Positions 50,128 through 63,859 of a DNA stretch of 64,000 nucleotides are shown here, piece by piece (position 1 is the stretch's first letter; every line of letters begins with the position of its first letter). Below the pieces are notes generated by a model. The model did not search any database. It saw only the letters and a list, made by a program, of their open reading frames with translations, and was not told the origin of the DNA. Source of the stretch: Batkoa obscura (taxonomy: Eukaryota); the NCBI GenBank assembly GCA_030770535.1, contig JASVEC010000020.1, positions 310,001-374,000 on the forward strand, in the 5' to 3' direction. The position numbers and the translations under genes are program-made.

Positions 50128-51004
50128 TTAATTTAATAAATTCATTGGTTCAATTTCTAAACCTTGTATTTTATCTTTAGTGTTTATCGGTTGGGATTTA
50201 AGATTTAACTATAATATGATAAGTGTATTAATATTAAATTAGTAATAAATAAATTTACTTTATATGGAAATACAAATTTATCTTTAGAAGTAATTGGAGG
50301 TATATGCTCTTTAAACTGATCCATGGTATGTATAATACTCATCAGTATTTTTTTAATTTGTCTTTCTTTATTAGTGTTATTATAATTAGCGTTAGTATGA
50401 TCTATTAAATTATTAGATTAGATTATTATACTAGCATAAATAGAATTAATTTGCCATTCAATATTAAACTCCAATGCTCCCAGTCTACTTCTTCTTCTGT
50501 TACTGAAAACCAGGCCTTTCTATACTTGCGCTCCATTAAAGTTAGTTCAATCTAATATATAAATTACCCATTATTTCTTTAATAACTTTTAATCCTTACC
50601 AGCCATAGATGCTCTTTATCGATTTTGATCCTATTTATTGCTTCATAAGTTATACTCTCAATCTTACTTTTTAAAGCCTCATCTTTGACTTTTAACTAAA
50701 TTAACATTACTATATTGCTTTCTTTCAATATTATTATATTGCTTAATTACATAATGTAGCTCATTTTCGCTTTCTATTGGTTGTATAATACCAAATACAC
50801 GATGAAATAATATGGTATTTAAAATAGCTAATATTTATAATATAAATATCCCAATATTACTATCTATAAGTTAATACTAACCTAATAAACTTTCTTTATC
50901 TATAGGAATCCATTTTTCCTAATTAAACAAGCAAGTCAATTTATGCTCTTATTCTTCGCTTAACCAAATAAATTTACTAAATCAATTTTAAACTGTGCGA
51001 CCAT
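50128..51004 (-). CDS. ATG101: Autophagy-related protein 101 (multi-exon; absent from ORF track)
   Basis: Spliced ILNTILFHRVFGIIQP, RKAWFSVTEEEVDWEHW (WF finger) and KEHIPPITSKDKFVFPY. Confidence 0.82.
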
Positions 51005-51302
51005 GATATAAATAATAAAAGAACAGAAATAAATTGATTCTTTTAATTTTTCTAATTGCTTGTTTTAACCGTTTCTTTTTTAAGCTAAATATATTCCATA
51101 AAACTGAAATGAAACAATAAATTGAAATTATTGGCTGTTACTGGATTTAGCCAATGATCAATTAAAATACTCAAATAAAGGGATGACCTCACAATTAAAT
51201 ACAAATTATGAAAAAATGAAAAAATGAAAAAACAAAAAGCTATAAATTAAAAGGAAAACCAACTTTAAGCTATTTATTTTGTATTTTTAAAAACAATCAA
51301 AA

Positions 51303-53318
51303 ATGTTATTATTGCTTCGTAATTTAAAATTAGTTAAAGCTCAAAACAAAGTGTTAAGCTCTTTGATTAAAAATAATAGCTTTAGTACTACAAAGTCAGT
51401 TAAAAACGTCATTCAACTTCATAATGAAAGGGTAAGATTATATTTGTTTTTATTGTCATTATTGAATATTTGTTTAGCTTATGAAAAATACGTTGTTAAA
51501 TGAAATCAAGTCAAGTCTTGAGGATGACGGAGGCACTTTTTTAGTAAACGGTGAGATTACATACAAGTATTTATATCTGGCAATATAGTTAATAAAATTA
51601 GATCCATCAACTCAGTCTCCACTAGCTAAAGTAAAAGACATGGGTAAAAAAGAGGGAGGAGACAAGATCAGGGAAAGTTATGATTTGTTTCATTCTCCTT
51701 CGTGGAAAGAACTGGGTATTAAAGTACTATTGGTTTCTCATTGATATCAAGTACTAATTTATGATTATAGCAAAGGCACGATAAGTTACGACAATTATAT
51801 GATTTAATGATCAAAAATGAAAAGGAGTTAGCTACTATCATTACTTTAGAAAATGGAAAGGTAATTTTATTTGACTCAATAAAGGTGTATTAATTTAATG
51901 CTTTTATTGTAGACATTTAATGAGGTAATTATTTTAAGCTAGTTGTTGTATGTAAATTAAAATACTAGTCAATCGGTGAAGTAAGATATGCTGCTTCTTT
52001 TATAGAGTGGTTCTCAGAGCAAACATTACGTATTGATGGAAGTGTCATTAATTCCGAGAATAAAGATTCAAAATATTTAGTAGTAAAAGAACCGGTTGGT
52101 GTTGTTGGGATAATTACACCTTGGAATTTTCCATTAGCTATGATCACTAGGAAATTTGGCGCTGCTTTTGCTGCAGGTTGTACAACAGTAATAAAACCAG
52201 CCTCTGAGACCCCGTTAACCTGTTTAGCATTTGCTAATTTATTGAAAAAAGTTGAAATACCTGAAGCCTCTTTTTCTGTCATAACTACACATGAAAACAC
52301 TAAGGAGATTGGAAAGTTATTATGTCAAAGTGATTTGATTAGTAAAATTTCATTTACTGGATCAGTAAGTTGTTATTTTTATATCATAGTTGATTCATTT
52401 ACCATATACTTAGACTATGGTTGGTAAGTTATTACTAAGAGATAGTAGTGATACTGTAAAGAAAGTAAGTATGGAGTTGGGTGGTAATGCGCCTTTTATT
52501 GTGATGGGTAATTCTTATATACCATACCATTATTATATTGATACAATATTTTAAATTAGAAAACTCTGATATTGGCAAAGCAGTGCAATGTAATCATATT
52601 ATTATTATTTTTAATAGTTACATAATAATTTTATTAGGCTTAGTTCAGGGCAAATTCCGTAACTCTGGGCAGACATGTGTTTGTCCGAACCGAGTTTATA
52701 TTCAAGATACTATCTATGATGCGTTCTTAAATAAACTAACTAAGAAGGTTGAAGAATTAAAAGTAGGTAATGGATTTAAAGAAGGAGTAACTGTAGGCCC
52801 ATTGATCAATGAAAAGAGCATAATTAAGATAGAGAAATTGGTTAAAAATAGTATTGAATTAGGAGCTAAAATAGTATGTGGTGGGAATCGAGTCAATGAT
52901 AATGACGTTGAAGGATATTTTTATCAGCCAACAATAATCAAAGATGCTAATCCTAAGATGGATATCTCATGCAATGAAATCTTTGGTCCTGTCTTAGTGT
53001 GTTACAAGTTTAGTAGCTTAAAAGAGGCAATTGAGTTGGCTAATGATTCAGAATACGGGTTAGCTGCTTACGCGTTTACTAATGATTTAAAAGAGGCATT
53101 TGAATTAGCTAATAAAATTCAATCTGGCATGGTTGCTATCAATGCAGGTAGTGTGTCTAGTACTTTGGCACCATTTGGTGGGGTTAAGCACTCTGGGTTT
53201 GGAAGAGAAGGTGAGTAGCTTATATTGATGATTATGAATGCTAATAGTAATTTTTTTAGGCTCAAAATATGGGCTTGATGACTATCTTAATATAAAAACG
53301 GTCAATTTAAACTATTAA
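51303..53318 (+). CDS. UGA2: Succinate-semialdehyde dehydrogenase (ALDH5), mitochondrial presequence, multi-exon
   Basis: [79 protein letters not shown]. Confidence 0.9.
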
Positions 53319-53392
53319 ATAAATAAAGATCAAATGTATGTTAGCAAAGATATTATTTTATATTATTATAATGTACTGCTATAGAATAGCAA

Positions 53393-53466
53393 GCTCGTAT
53401 GGCGCAATTGGCTAGCGCGTTCGACTGTTAATCGAGAGGTTGCTGGTTCGATCCCAGCTATGAGCG
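53393..53466 (+). tRNA. tRNA-Asn(GTT)
   Basis: GCTCGTA...TATGAGC-G, anticodon loop CTGTTAA and GGTTCGATCCC T-arm. Confidence 0.95.
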
Positions 53467-54081
53467 ACAATCATGATTATATTTCTTTTTTTATTAAAAT
53501 AAAGTAATGTTATATTTTAAGTAGTTTTTCATAATATAATAGATTGTTTGATAGTAAGACCATAGCAGTCATTTTTCAAATAACGAAATCGCATATGCTT
53601 TTAAATGACTTATTGATTTATAGTAGAAATTAATCAATAAAAATAGAAGGGCATGAAGCCAAACCTCATGTCTACTATAGTACCTTATTAAGAGAGCTTT
53701 TATAAAACCATTCTTCGGTCCATACATTTTTCAATTCATATCAAATGGATTGTAAAATAGGGTATGAAGGCCCCTTTTAATATAGTAGTCTTGCGTGAAC
53801 CCTGTGATAGTTCAAAAAATAGGTATTTAAAAGTTAGTTAAAAGTGATGTGGAAAGGCTCAAGGTAAAAGCCAATGTAATTGATGTTATAATTTAGTCCA
53901 TGAGAATCTGGATAGATTAATAAAATTCTAGTACAGTAGACTTTTACTAAGGGATTGGCAAAAAAATCCATAACCTAATGAATTTTCTAAGTTATTATAA
54001 AGTAACTAGAATTTGTTTTGGATTTGGAATAAAACGTTATAATTATTTATTTAATACAGATTTAAAATATTTGGAAGTTTA

Positions 54082-56287
54082 TTAAATGGCAGCAGTTTGT
54101 TTCTTTAACCAACTTAAAGTAAAATCATCATCTTTAAGGAGTGGAGATAAAGTATTATAAACTCTTTGATGGTAAGAATTTAAATAATCAACTTCAAATT
54201 TAGATAATAAGTCCTTATTAATCAATTTAGTGTGAATAGGAACCTAAAAAACAAGATACATTAACATTCATCATATTTGTTGTCACAAAATAAAATTTAC
54301 CAAAGTTACATTTTCAAATCCATAATATTCTAGATTACCAAAATTCTTTAAACCTTTTACTTCTTTAACAATCAGTATATTTTCAGTACGAATACCAAAT
54401 TTGCCATCTTCATAATACCCAGGTTCATTGGTAACAGTCATATTAGGCTGTAATGGGATATCTAAATAATTTCTACGGAATCCAATACCTTGTGGACCTT
54501 CATGAACGTTGAGGTAAGATCCTACACCATGTCCAACACCATGACGGAAATCTAAACCACTACGCCATAATGGAGCACGGGTAATGGAATCTAAATGGAA
54601 ACCTAATTATAAAAATTAAGAACCAATTGTCGATATTAAATAATATTCTATTTACCAGTTGTACCCTTTGGAAAAGTTTGAGTTTCTAAGGTAATAACAC
54701 CTTGTAACACTCTAGTGAAAGCTTCTTTTTCAAATTCTGTTGGTGAACCAAAATGCCAAGTACGTGTTACATCGGTAGTACCATCTCTATTGAAGAAAAA
54801 ATATGTATATTAAAATCCATCTAATAAAAAACTAAACTAGAATGAAGAATTACTTATATTGAGCTCCTGAATCACAAAGATACATTTGGTTAAGTTGGAT
54901 TTGATCACATTTTTGATGAGTTGGATGATAATGAATGATTGCTCCATTAGGTCCAGTAGATGAAATAGTAGCAAAAGAATCTGAAACAAAATCTTGATTG
55001 ACTTTTCTAAATTCTAATAATTTATCAGCAGCTTCAGCTTCAGTGATTGGATTTTTAGAATAATCCGATTTGGTAAGTAAATCTTCTAAATAAGCAAAAT
55101 ATTTGACTAAAGCAACTGCATCACGTACATGACAATTTCTAAATCCATCTAATTCAATATCATTTTTAATAGCTTTTGCTAATACTATTGGACTAACTCC
55201 TAAGGATACATTATCTTTTCCTAGACTTTCTAATAATGCTAAACTGGCATTTTTAGGCAATAATATCTTTTCTTGTTTTATAGTGGTACTTAATGTAGTT
55301 AAATGTTTTAATATTTCTTCATATTCTTTAATTATTACTTTATCACCTAAATATTGTTTAATCTTGTCATTAATTTGTTCTTTATGAATATATAAAGTAA
55401 CTTCATCATGAGTAATAGTAGCATAAGCAAAAAACACTGGATTATAGATGATATCAGAACCTCTTAAATTAAATAACCAAGCAATTTCATCTAAAGCAGA
55501 GATAACTAAACCAGAGTATTGATGTTGTAATAATTTGGATCGAACTAACTTCAATTTATCTTCAAAAGAAATACCTGAATATTTCAGTTCTAAAATTTCA
55601 ATTTCATTTTTAGTTCTCTTTGGCTGATTGTTCCAAACTTGATCAATTAAATTCTCTTCAATAGAAACTAATTTTAATCCTTTGTTCTGAGCATTTAAAT
55701 TACTTTTAACTAACTCAGCTTCTGAAATGGAAATTAGTTTTGAATCAACACCAACCCTTCCATTTTCTGGTAATATACTTGAAATAAAATCATACCATAA
55801 TGGGGTACCACTTTCTCCTTGTTTTTTTAATTCCCAATTGCTATCCAATTGCTCATTAGCTTGTAAATAATATCTTCCATCGGTAAATAAATAAGCCTTT
55901 TCTAATCCAATAATAGCAATACCTAATAGGAGGAGAGGATTAATTTGTCTGAGTTATAAGAGAATGTAGAATAATTTGAAATTACCTGCAGATCCATCGA
56001 AACCTGAGATATAACTACGACGTGCATCAACATCCGCAGTGTATTCACTCTATAATAGATAAGTATGGTATAATAATATATGAAATTAAGATTACTTGGT
56101 GAGCGTCACCGGAAGGTACAATATAAGCATGAATGTTATACTCCTGTTTTTTCATCAATTGACGTAATTGATCGACTTGTGAACTAGTATCTATTGGACT
56201 CATTGTCGTTATTTTTCTTATAGAGAGTAATGGATTGAAGTAGAGTTTGGGTTTTAAAAGAGTTTTGGAAAGAAATGAAAATAACAT
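54082..56287 (-). CDS. Xaa-Pro aminopeptidase P (M24B, XPNPEP1/Fra1-like), multi-exon
   Basis: [90 protein letters not shown]. Confidence 0.93.
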
Positions 56288-56549
56288 GGTAAATAAATTG
56301 AGGTGTTTATGAATTGCTTTTTTTCAAGATGGGAAAGAAGATTATTGGATAGTGATTTCATTTTAGTCATCTATTACGTGGATGGCGTTTTATTTGTTAA
56401 GTTTTTATTTTTTCTTCCGAATTGTGTTGCTGATTTTGAATGGAAATTACATTTCAATAATAGTCACTTTAGTATTAATTATATATAGTAGTAATGACAG
56501 AATGAAACAAAAATAATGAGTTAGTATATTTTTTATTTATTTATTTAAT

Positions 56550-57338
56550 TCAACTAAACTTTACACAATCCAAATTATTTTGTAAAAATAATTTAGCTTT
56601 ATTTTCTTTTTCTAATACTTTAATACTTTCTTTTAATAATAACAAGGGTATATTAAAAAATTCTATAATAAATAAACAAATAAAGTTAATATATACTCAA
56701 TATTATTATACGAATACTATTATATTACCTTCATTCTTATGGTCTTCATCATCAATTAAATCCATTAATAAAAAAGTTTTATTATTTTGACCGTTATCCT
56801 TTACCTGTTAAAAAAGAAACAGACGAATTAGTTTATTGTATTATAAAAGAATTAGCAATAATATCTATTACCCATTGATAAATAATATCAGCCCATTCAT
56901 TAGGTTTTCTCCATAATATAATAAATTTCTCATCTTCGAATAATACTAATTTACATTTATACATCTCAGCTACAATCTCTTTTAAAAAATCTAAATTCAA
57001 TTTTCCTAATGAAGAAAATAACATTAACATTACATTCTATATTTTTATAGAATAATATAAATATATATTGGAACTTACTTCCTATTTTTTTATTTTCGAA
57101 ACATTCCATCGATATATCTTGTTTATTGAATAAATTTATGTCTAACAAAAATAGACGATGATAATAATAATAATTTAGTATTATTTGTTTCCAATGTTCT
57201 ATTTGTTCTTCTTGTATTTTAGGCACTATTTGTTTACTATATTTAGGTTAGCAAATAAGGGTTGAAAAGAGTTGGGGTAATACTAGATTACCTAAATAAA
57301 GGCGGAAAATCAAAGATCTTTGGATATTGAAAACTCAT
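56550..57338 (-). CDS. VPS25: ESCRT-II subunit Vps25, multi-exon
   Basis: MSFQYPKIFDFPPLF/...QIEHWKQIILNY, FENKKI, ILWRKPNEWADIIYQW, ending VKFS*. Confidence 0.85.
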
Positions 57339-57497
57339 TTTATAGAAGGGGTTAGTTAATAAAAGAAAAAAATAAAGCTGTGAATGCTTCATAATTATTC
57401 GATTTTAATTGGGTGATGGTATTTTCAAATTTTAAATTTCACATTAATTTCTAAAGAAATATTTTGTTTTTTTATTTAATTGTTCAATATTTCAATA

Positions 57498-59377
57498 ATG
57501 GAAAAAAATAAAGAAGACGTTATCGAGGATACTATACTCATTAATAAAATCAATAAAAAACTAACTTATTATTATGATACTGACTACCCAATAAAAAACT
57601 TTTTATTGATAGTATTAGTAGCCCTATTACTTCGATTAACTGTAGCGTTAGGTAACTACTCAGGTAATTCAACACTCTTCTCACATTTACTTCTTATTCA
57701 CTAACAATCCCCTTTAGGCTTTGGAAAATCCCCTTTATATGGTGATTTTGAAGCCCAACGACATTGGTTAGAAATTACTTTAAATTTAAAACCTAAAACA
57801 TGGTATTTTTATGATTTACAATATTGGGGTCTAGATTATCCACCAGTAACAGGATATCATTCTTTACTATTAGCTAAAATCGGAAATTATATTAATCCAA
57901 GTTGGTTTGAATTAGTTACTTCTAGAGGAAATGAGGATAAAAATTTAAAAATATTTATGAGATTGACAGTAGTTTTTAGTGAAATATTGACTTTTGTTTT
58001 ACCATTGTTTATGTTTGTTTTGGCTTGTATGGATATCAAAGCGAAAAAAGAATTGCAATTAAAATCGGTAAATTCATTTATTTATTATATTTAGTTACTT
58101 AATTATATATATTGTTATAGTTATTCACTCTATCATTTATATTATTTAACCCTTTATTAATCATTATAGATCATGGACATTTTCAGTAAGTAAAATATAA
58201 AATAAATTAAAATAAACCAAATTAACTTAATTCATTACTTTAGATATAATTGTGTTATGTTAGGATTCTTAATCTTTAGTTTATATTATATTCAACAAAA
58301 GGATTATATTAAATGTAGTATATTTTTTTGTTTGTGCGTTGGATTTAAACAAATGGCATTATACTATTCATTACCGATATTTGCTTATCTATTAGCCAAA
58401 TGCTTATTTCCAATGAATTTAATAAGGTTAATTAAAATTGGTGCTACAGTTATTGTTACTTTTGGTTGTTTATTATATCCTTTAATTTATCAAGAAAATG
58501 ATTGGCTAGATATTATAAAGCAAGTTTTTATTAGAATCTTTCCATTACAAAGAGGCTTATTTGAAGATAAAGTAGCTAACTTTTGGTGTAGTTTAAATAT
58601 TTTAATTAAATTAAGGAATTATTTTAAAGTGGATGAATTGGCTAGAATTAGGTAAAACTAAACTTTTTATACATTAATAAGGTTATAAACGTTAACTATT
58701 TATAGTGCTTTAACAACTTTAATCACGTGTTTACCCTCATTTTATAAATTATTAAGGAAACCTTCGATGCCCAGATTATTACTAACATTAACTATCCACT
58801 CATTTTCGTTCTTCTTATTTTCATTTCAAGTACATGAAAAATCTATCTTGTTACCAACACTTCCCTTGTTTTTATTTTTATTTGTTATTAAGGCTTATGA
58901 TATTAAAAAATGGAATACTACAATTACAAATGAAAATGTGGTATTGTTTACTAATGTAGCGATGTTTAGGTAAGAATTTATATGATTTCATTAGTAGTTA
59001 CTAATGACTAATATATTTTTTAGTTTATATCCCTTAATTAAAAAAGATAATTTAATATCCGAATATTATGGATTAATTCTATTTTTCAATACATTATTTA
59101 ACAATACTTCTATAACTAATAGATATAATGTAAGTTTTTTATCTATTCATTATACAACTCTCATAATCAAATTCATCAACCTTTAATTTTTTAGTTGATT
59201 TATCTACCAATTATTATATGGCATATAGCAGAATTGTTTTTATTACCTCCAACAAAATTACCCGATATTTTTACTGTACTTAATCAAGCGTATGCTTCAG
59301 TTGTGTTCTTAGGTTTTTGGCTGATATTAAATGTTATTTCCTTCTACAAACCAGTAACTAAAAGTAAAAAAGAATAA
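57498..59377 (+). CDS. ALG6: Dol-P-Glc alpha-1,3-glucosyltransferase Alg6, multi-exon
   Basis: YGDFEAQRHWLEIT, WGLDYPPVTGYHS, IIDHGHFQ/YN, FKQMALYY, RGLFEDKVANFWC, FSFQVHEKSILLP. Confidence 0.92.
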
Positions 59378-59891
59378 TAAAATAAAATAGCTAGCAATAA
59401 AAGTAAATAAAAAAATTAACATATTTTTATTTGATTTAAAATTCGCTGAATGTAAGTTGTACAGAAATTAAAATTACTGTTATTGTATGTTATGTTTGGA
59501 TGATAAATTTTATAAGACTTTATTAGCATAAATAACATAGCTAAAGATTATGTCAAAATGACTGTTAATTGGAATTATTTATAGTAAATGCTTAATATTA
59601 GTAGAGGAATTTAATGCCAAAATAGTTGTAACTAAATCACAATCACTATTAAGTAGAATTATGATCATTATGTACTGAATTGAAATCGTTATGATAAACT
59701 TTATTGTTTTGTTGAATAAAACTTAATCTATTATGCATTAAAGTTATAGTAATTTTACACAAGTATTATTCAACTAAGCTGGGATTAAAAAGTATATAAA
59801 ATGGATATAATCAATCCTTTGCTTAATCTAATTTATAAAGTTTAAAATACAAGTAGATCTAACCTTTTGTTTTCTTCCATTTCACTTCAAT

Positions 59892-61223
59892 ATGAGTTTA
59901 ACCTTTGAGTTTCTATCTGAGATTTTATTAGAAGAAATTTTCAAATATGTGAGTCCAATCGAATTATTTAATCTACAATTCTTAGACAAATATCTATTTA
60001 AAGTTGTTAACAATGTTATTAAATTCAATTTAACTTATTCAATTTATAATGGATACAAATTTAAGGAATACTATGAGTATCAAAATAAATTTATTAAGGA
60101 AAATGGAGGACTAATGAAACATATCAGTATAGAAGGTAGGACGATTGAATGCTTAAAAGATTTTTTGAATGTAACATCTATAGAATATACACAACTATAT
60201 AATAATGAAAATAATGATCAGAACAACAATAAACTAAAGATGCAACTACCAGGATTAAAGAAATTAGTTATACATTCATCTAATTACGCACAAACGTTGA
60301 TGTTCTTTAAAGATTACTTAAAGCAACTTGAAGTAGTTCAGATTAATAGTCATAATTTTACTATTGAAGATATTATCACAAATTTGAATCCAGCCAAGTT
60401 AGGATCACTTGTATTAAATGCAAATGGTAGTTCTTTATACCTTCAGGGATTAGATATTATTAAAACAAAATTCAATAAGCTAAAGAAATTACAATTGAAG
60501 GCAGATAAATATATTTATTCTAGTGAGAATAACCCAAAAATAAATTTCACTTCTAGTTTAGAATTGAAAATTGAAGGAAAATTTAACAGAGATTTTAGTT
60601 TAGACATTCAATATTTTGGTAACTTACAGAATTTAAAAAGTGTGATGTTGTTACATAGATATGGTGAATTCTTTAATAGAATAAATAAACGTGTCAACAT
60701 AAAATCATTAAAGATATGTAATAAGGTTATTTTAGGGTATTTTGATTCAAGGCATTCAATTGATTACGACTTTTTAAGATTACCCAATCTTAAGCAGATT
60801 TATGTTAGTAGTTTAGATAATGAATTATTAAAATCAATTTTTTTTTTATCAAATATTAAAACAATTCAAGTTCATGTTTTCCATACTTTTGGTTTTTATA
60901 GAGAAATGTTCTATAATATTAGTGATGCAAATAGTAAGAATCTTTATACAGAAAAGCGTGGATTGATCCAATGTCCATTTGTAAAAGAAATTGAAGTTAA
61001 TATTTTTGCTAGTTCTTATGTTAATTTTCTTCTTTTTTTATCTTTATTCCCAAACCTTGAGATACTTAAGATTACTGATTTTTATTTAATGGGTATAGTA
61101 GACACAGAAGTAGAGCTTAAACTAACTACTCCGCTGTTATTACTTGTTACTATCCCAGATGAATCAAATTTAGCTTATGAAGAAGTGGAAAAGATCCCAA
61201 TGTTAAATTGGATTAAATTGTAA
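59892..61223 (+). CDS. F-box-like N-terminus + LRR-like protein (443 aa)
   Basis: FEFLSEILLEEIFKYVSPIELFNLQFLDK resembles an F-box, followed by LPGLKKL, LPNLKQI and FPNLEIL repeats. Intronless. Confidence 0.72.
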   Translation: MSLTFEFLSEILLEEIFKYVSPIELFNLQFLDKYLFKVVNNVIKFNLTYSIYNGYKFKEYYEYQNKFIKENGGLMKHISIEGRTIECLKDFLNVTSIEYTQLYNNENNDQNNNKLKMQLPGLKKLVIHSSNYAQTLMFFKDYLKQLEVVQINSHNFTIEDIITNLNPAKLGSLVLNANGSSLYLQGLDIIKTKFNKLKKLQLKADKYIYSSENNPKINFTSSLELKIEGKFNRDFSLDIQYFGNLQNLKSVMLLHRYGEFFNRINKRVNIKSLKICNKVILGYFDSRHSIDYDFLRLPNLKQIYVSSLDNELLKSIFFLSNIKTIQVHVFHTFGFYREMFYNISDANSKNLYTEKRGLIQCPFVKEIEVNIFASSYVNFLLFLSLFPNLEILKITDFYLMGIVDTEVELKLTTPLLLLVTIPDESNLAYEEVEKIPMLNWIKL

Positions 61224-61603
61224 ATTCAATAATTACTATAACTGTAGAATTTAGTTTATTAATATTAAAATATCCTTTACTTTATTTTAAATTAACTCTT
61301 GTTTTTAATTTATTCATTACTAATTATTTATCATATATTAACAGAAAATATTTGAGTTAATATATAAATTGAAACTATAAAAAATTATTATTATTAAACA
61401 CCTTTTATTTTACTAATTACCAATATAAAATAATTCAATATCTTAATAGTTTATTTAAATGCAAAGTAACAGCATCAATACTATACAACTTTAAACATAT
61501 TCATAGTTAATATAATACAAGAATAATATGTACTCAATAGCACGTCAAAATTATTTTTTATACAAAAGCTTTTGAGTTATTTATAAAAAATAAGGCATTT
61601 ATA

Positions 61604-61706
61604 TATGGGGCTGTTTTTTTTAGTTTCATTATTTTTCCATTTTTTAAGCGCTATTTGAGTGGAAAGATTGTAGTAAAATTCTTAAACAAAAAAACACATC
61701 CCCATA
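61604..61706 (+). mobile_element. MITE family A copy (appears identical to 36893-36995)
   Basis: Base-by-base reading showed no differences over 103 bp. Confidence 0.9.
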
Positions 61707-62045
61707 TGCTTATATGAAAGTTTTATGAAGTGTTCGTAAATAAAAATAAGAGGAAAAGTTCTAGACAATAAGACATACAAAAATGACTTAATGTATAAAT
61801 TTGTCTTAATAAGGGTTAAAGTGATAGTTAATTAAAAATTATTAAAAATTATTAAAAACAGATTGAAGTTAATAATCTAAAGTCACAATATTTATAAGTT
61901 TAAATCAGTAATAGTTTTTCAAACAGAGGTTTTATCATAAATTAGTAAAAATTGACTATTTTACATACACTTATACACTTATAATGCATTTTTTTAGCTT
62001 TTTTTCATTGAAAAAACTGTGTAAATAATAATTTAAGTATAAATA

Positions 62046-62149
62046 TATAGGGATGTATTTTTGTATTTAAGAATTTTACTAACAATTTTTCTATTTAAAT
62101 AGCGCTTAGAAAATGGAAAAAATAATGAAGTCAAAAAAACACTCCCATA
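62046..62149 (-). mobile_element. MITE family A copy
   Basis: Reverse consensus match. Confidence 0.85.
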
Positions 62150-62397
62150 TGTTTGTAATAAAGCTTAACCTTAGTAGTTAATTAAATGCTAAAATAATCG
62201 TAGTCAAGTCAAAACACTATTGATTGATGTCTTAGTTACTGTATGTTAAAGCCTAACCCACTTTTATTAAGACTTCAATATGTCATACACTAAAGTTTAT
62301 ATCATTATAGGCAAATATCGTTTAGTTGGTGTGAGATTTAAAAAATATAAAAGGAAATTGAATAAAATCTTTTGTTTAATTTAAATCACACTTTAAC

Positions 62398-63725
62398 ATG
62401 AATATAATATTTGAGTGTTTATCTGAGATTTTACTAGAACAGGTATTTGAATATTTGAATATTTGAATATTTAGACTCAGCTGAGTTGTTTGATCTATGT
62501 TTCTTAAATGGGTATTTGCTTAAGCTTACAAATAATGCTATTAATTAGAATTTAATCTATTTGATTTACAATCAACATAACGATGATGAATTTAAAGACT
62601 TTCAAGAAAGATCTATAAGGGACAACAGATCATTGATTGAGCATATAAATATAAATGGTGATATAGTTAGATATCTAAATAGTTGTCCAAATATAATATC
62701 TATAGTCTATATTCGAACAACTAATAATAATCATAATGATAATACCAGTGTTTTTTTATATTTTTGGCAGTAACTACAATGGAATAAAGGCTGTATTACC
62801 AGGATCAAAAGGGCTAATCATAGATTCATCTAATTATTTACAACCCTTAACATATTTCAACAGGTATTTGAAGCAAACGGAGTTTCTTAAAGTCTATGCA
62901 ATACTATTGCTACAAATATCATTAATCCTTTAAATCCACTTGTATCGAAAGTATTAATATTAAGTTTTGGTTATAAGTTACTGCTTTACAGGTTAGATAT
63001 TATTAAGAAATTCAAGAAGTTGAGCTTATTATGATTACAGTTAAACAGCTCTGTTTGCACCTCTATTGTATTTAATTCTAAAATGAACTTTATTTCTAAA
63101 ATTAGCAATTAGTGCAAAATTTGATAACCTTGATCTTAAATGTTTGGTGATTTAAATGAATTCATAAGTATAAACTTTTTAAATCACAGTACTCAATATT
63201 TTAATGTTGGTAATGAAACTAATAGAATGAATTTAATCATGAGCTGTAATGTTATTGCTTTGAGTGAGTTTGATTCAAATCATGTTATTCCTGATGATTT
63301 TTTAAAGCTAATAACGCTAAAAATAGTTTGTATTACTTATAAAGGCTTTGTTATGTTTAATTTCACCATTGACAAATATTCAAGGCACTCATTTTAGTAG
63401 TGTGTATTTCAATGTTGGGTATGTATTCAATAAATTAATTGAATTGGTAGCGATATTTATAATAAATAGTACGATTCGATTAAATGGAGTTTTAGAAAAA
63501 AGATAATAATTAATCATTTTGGCTATTCACTCGATATATTCTTATGCTTTTATCCCTTTTTCTAAATCTTGAGCAGCTTACAATTTCTCATTTTAAAGTA
63601 GAAGGCAAAAATACAAGAGTTTAGTATAATATCAACATTAGGTTATTACTTATTACACTTATTACGCTCAAATCTAACCTAACTTCTTATGAAGGGCTTG
63701 AAAAAATCATATTAAATTGAATAAA
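62398..63725 (+). pseudogene. Decayed paralog of the F-box/LRR gene at 59892
   Basis: Colinear similarity from ATGAATATAATATTTGAGTGTTTATCTGAGATTTTACTAGAA to TTAAATTGAATAAAA. ATTTGAAT x3 expansion at ~62445-62470 and multiple stops and frameshifts; only short ORF fragments remain. Confidence 0.78.
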
Positions 63726-63859
63726 AATATAACAGCTTCCTTGTTAGACTTACTATATCATTTGTAATAAAATATCTTCATGTTTTATCTTTAAATTGTT
63801 TTTTTTTACTTTACAAGATCTTATTGAACAATTGAGTATTACTTTGATTTAGATAGCAT

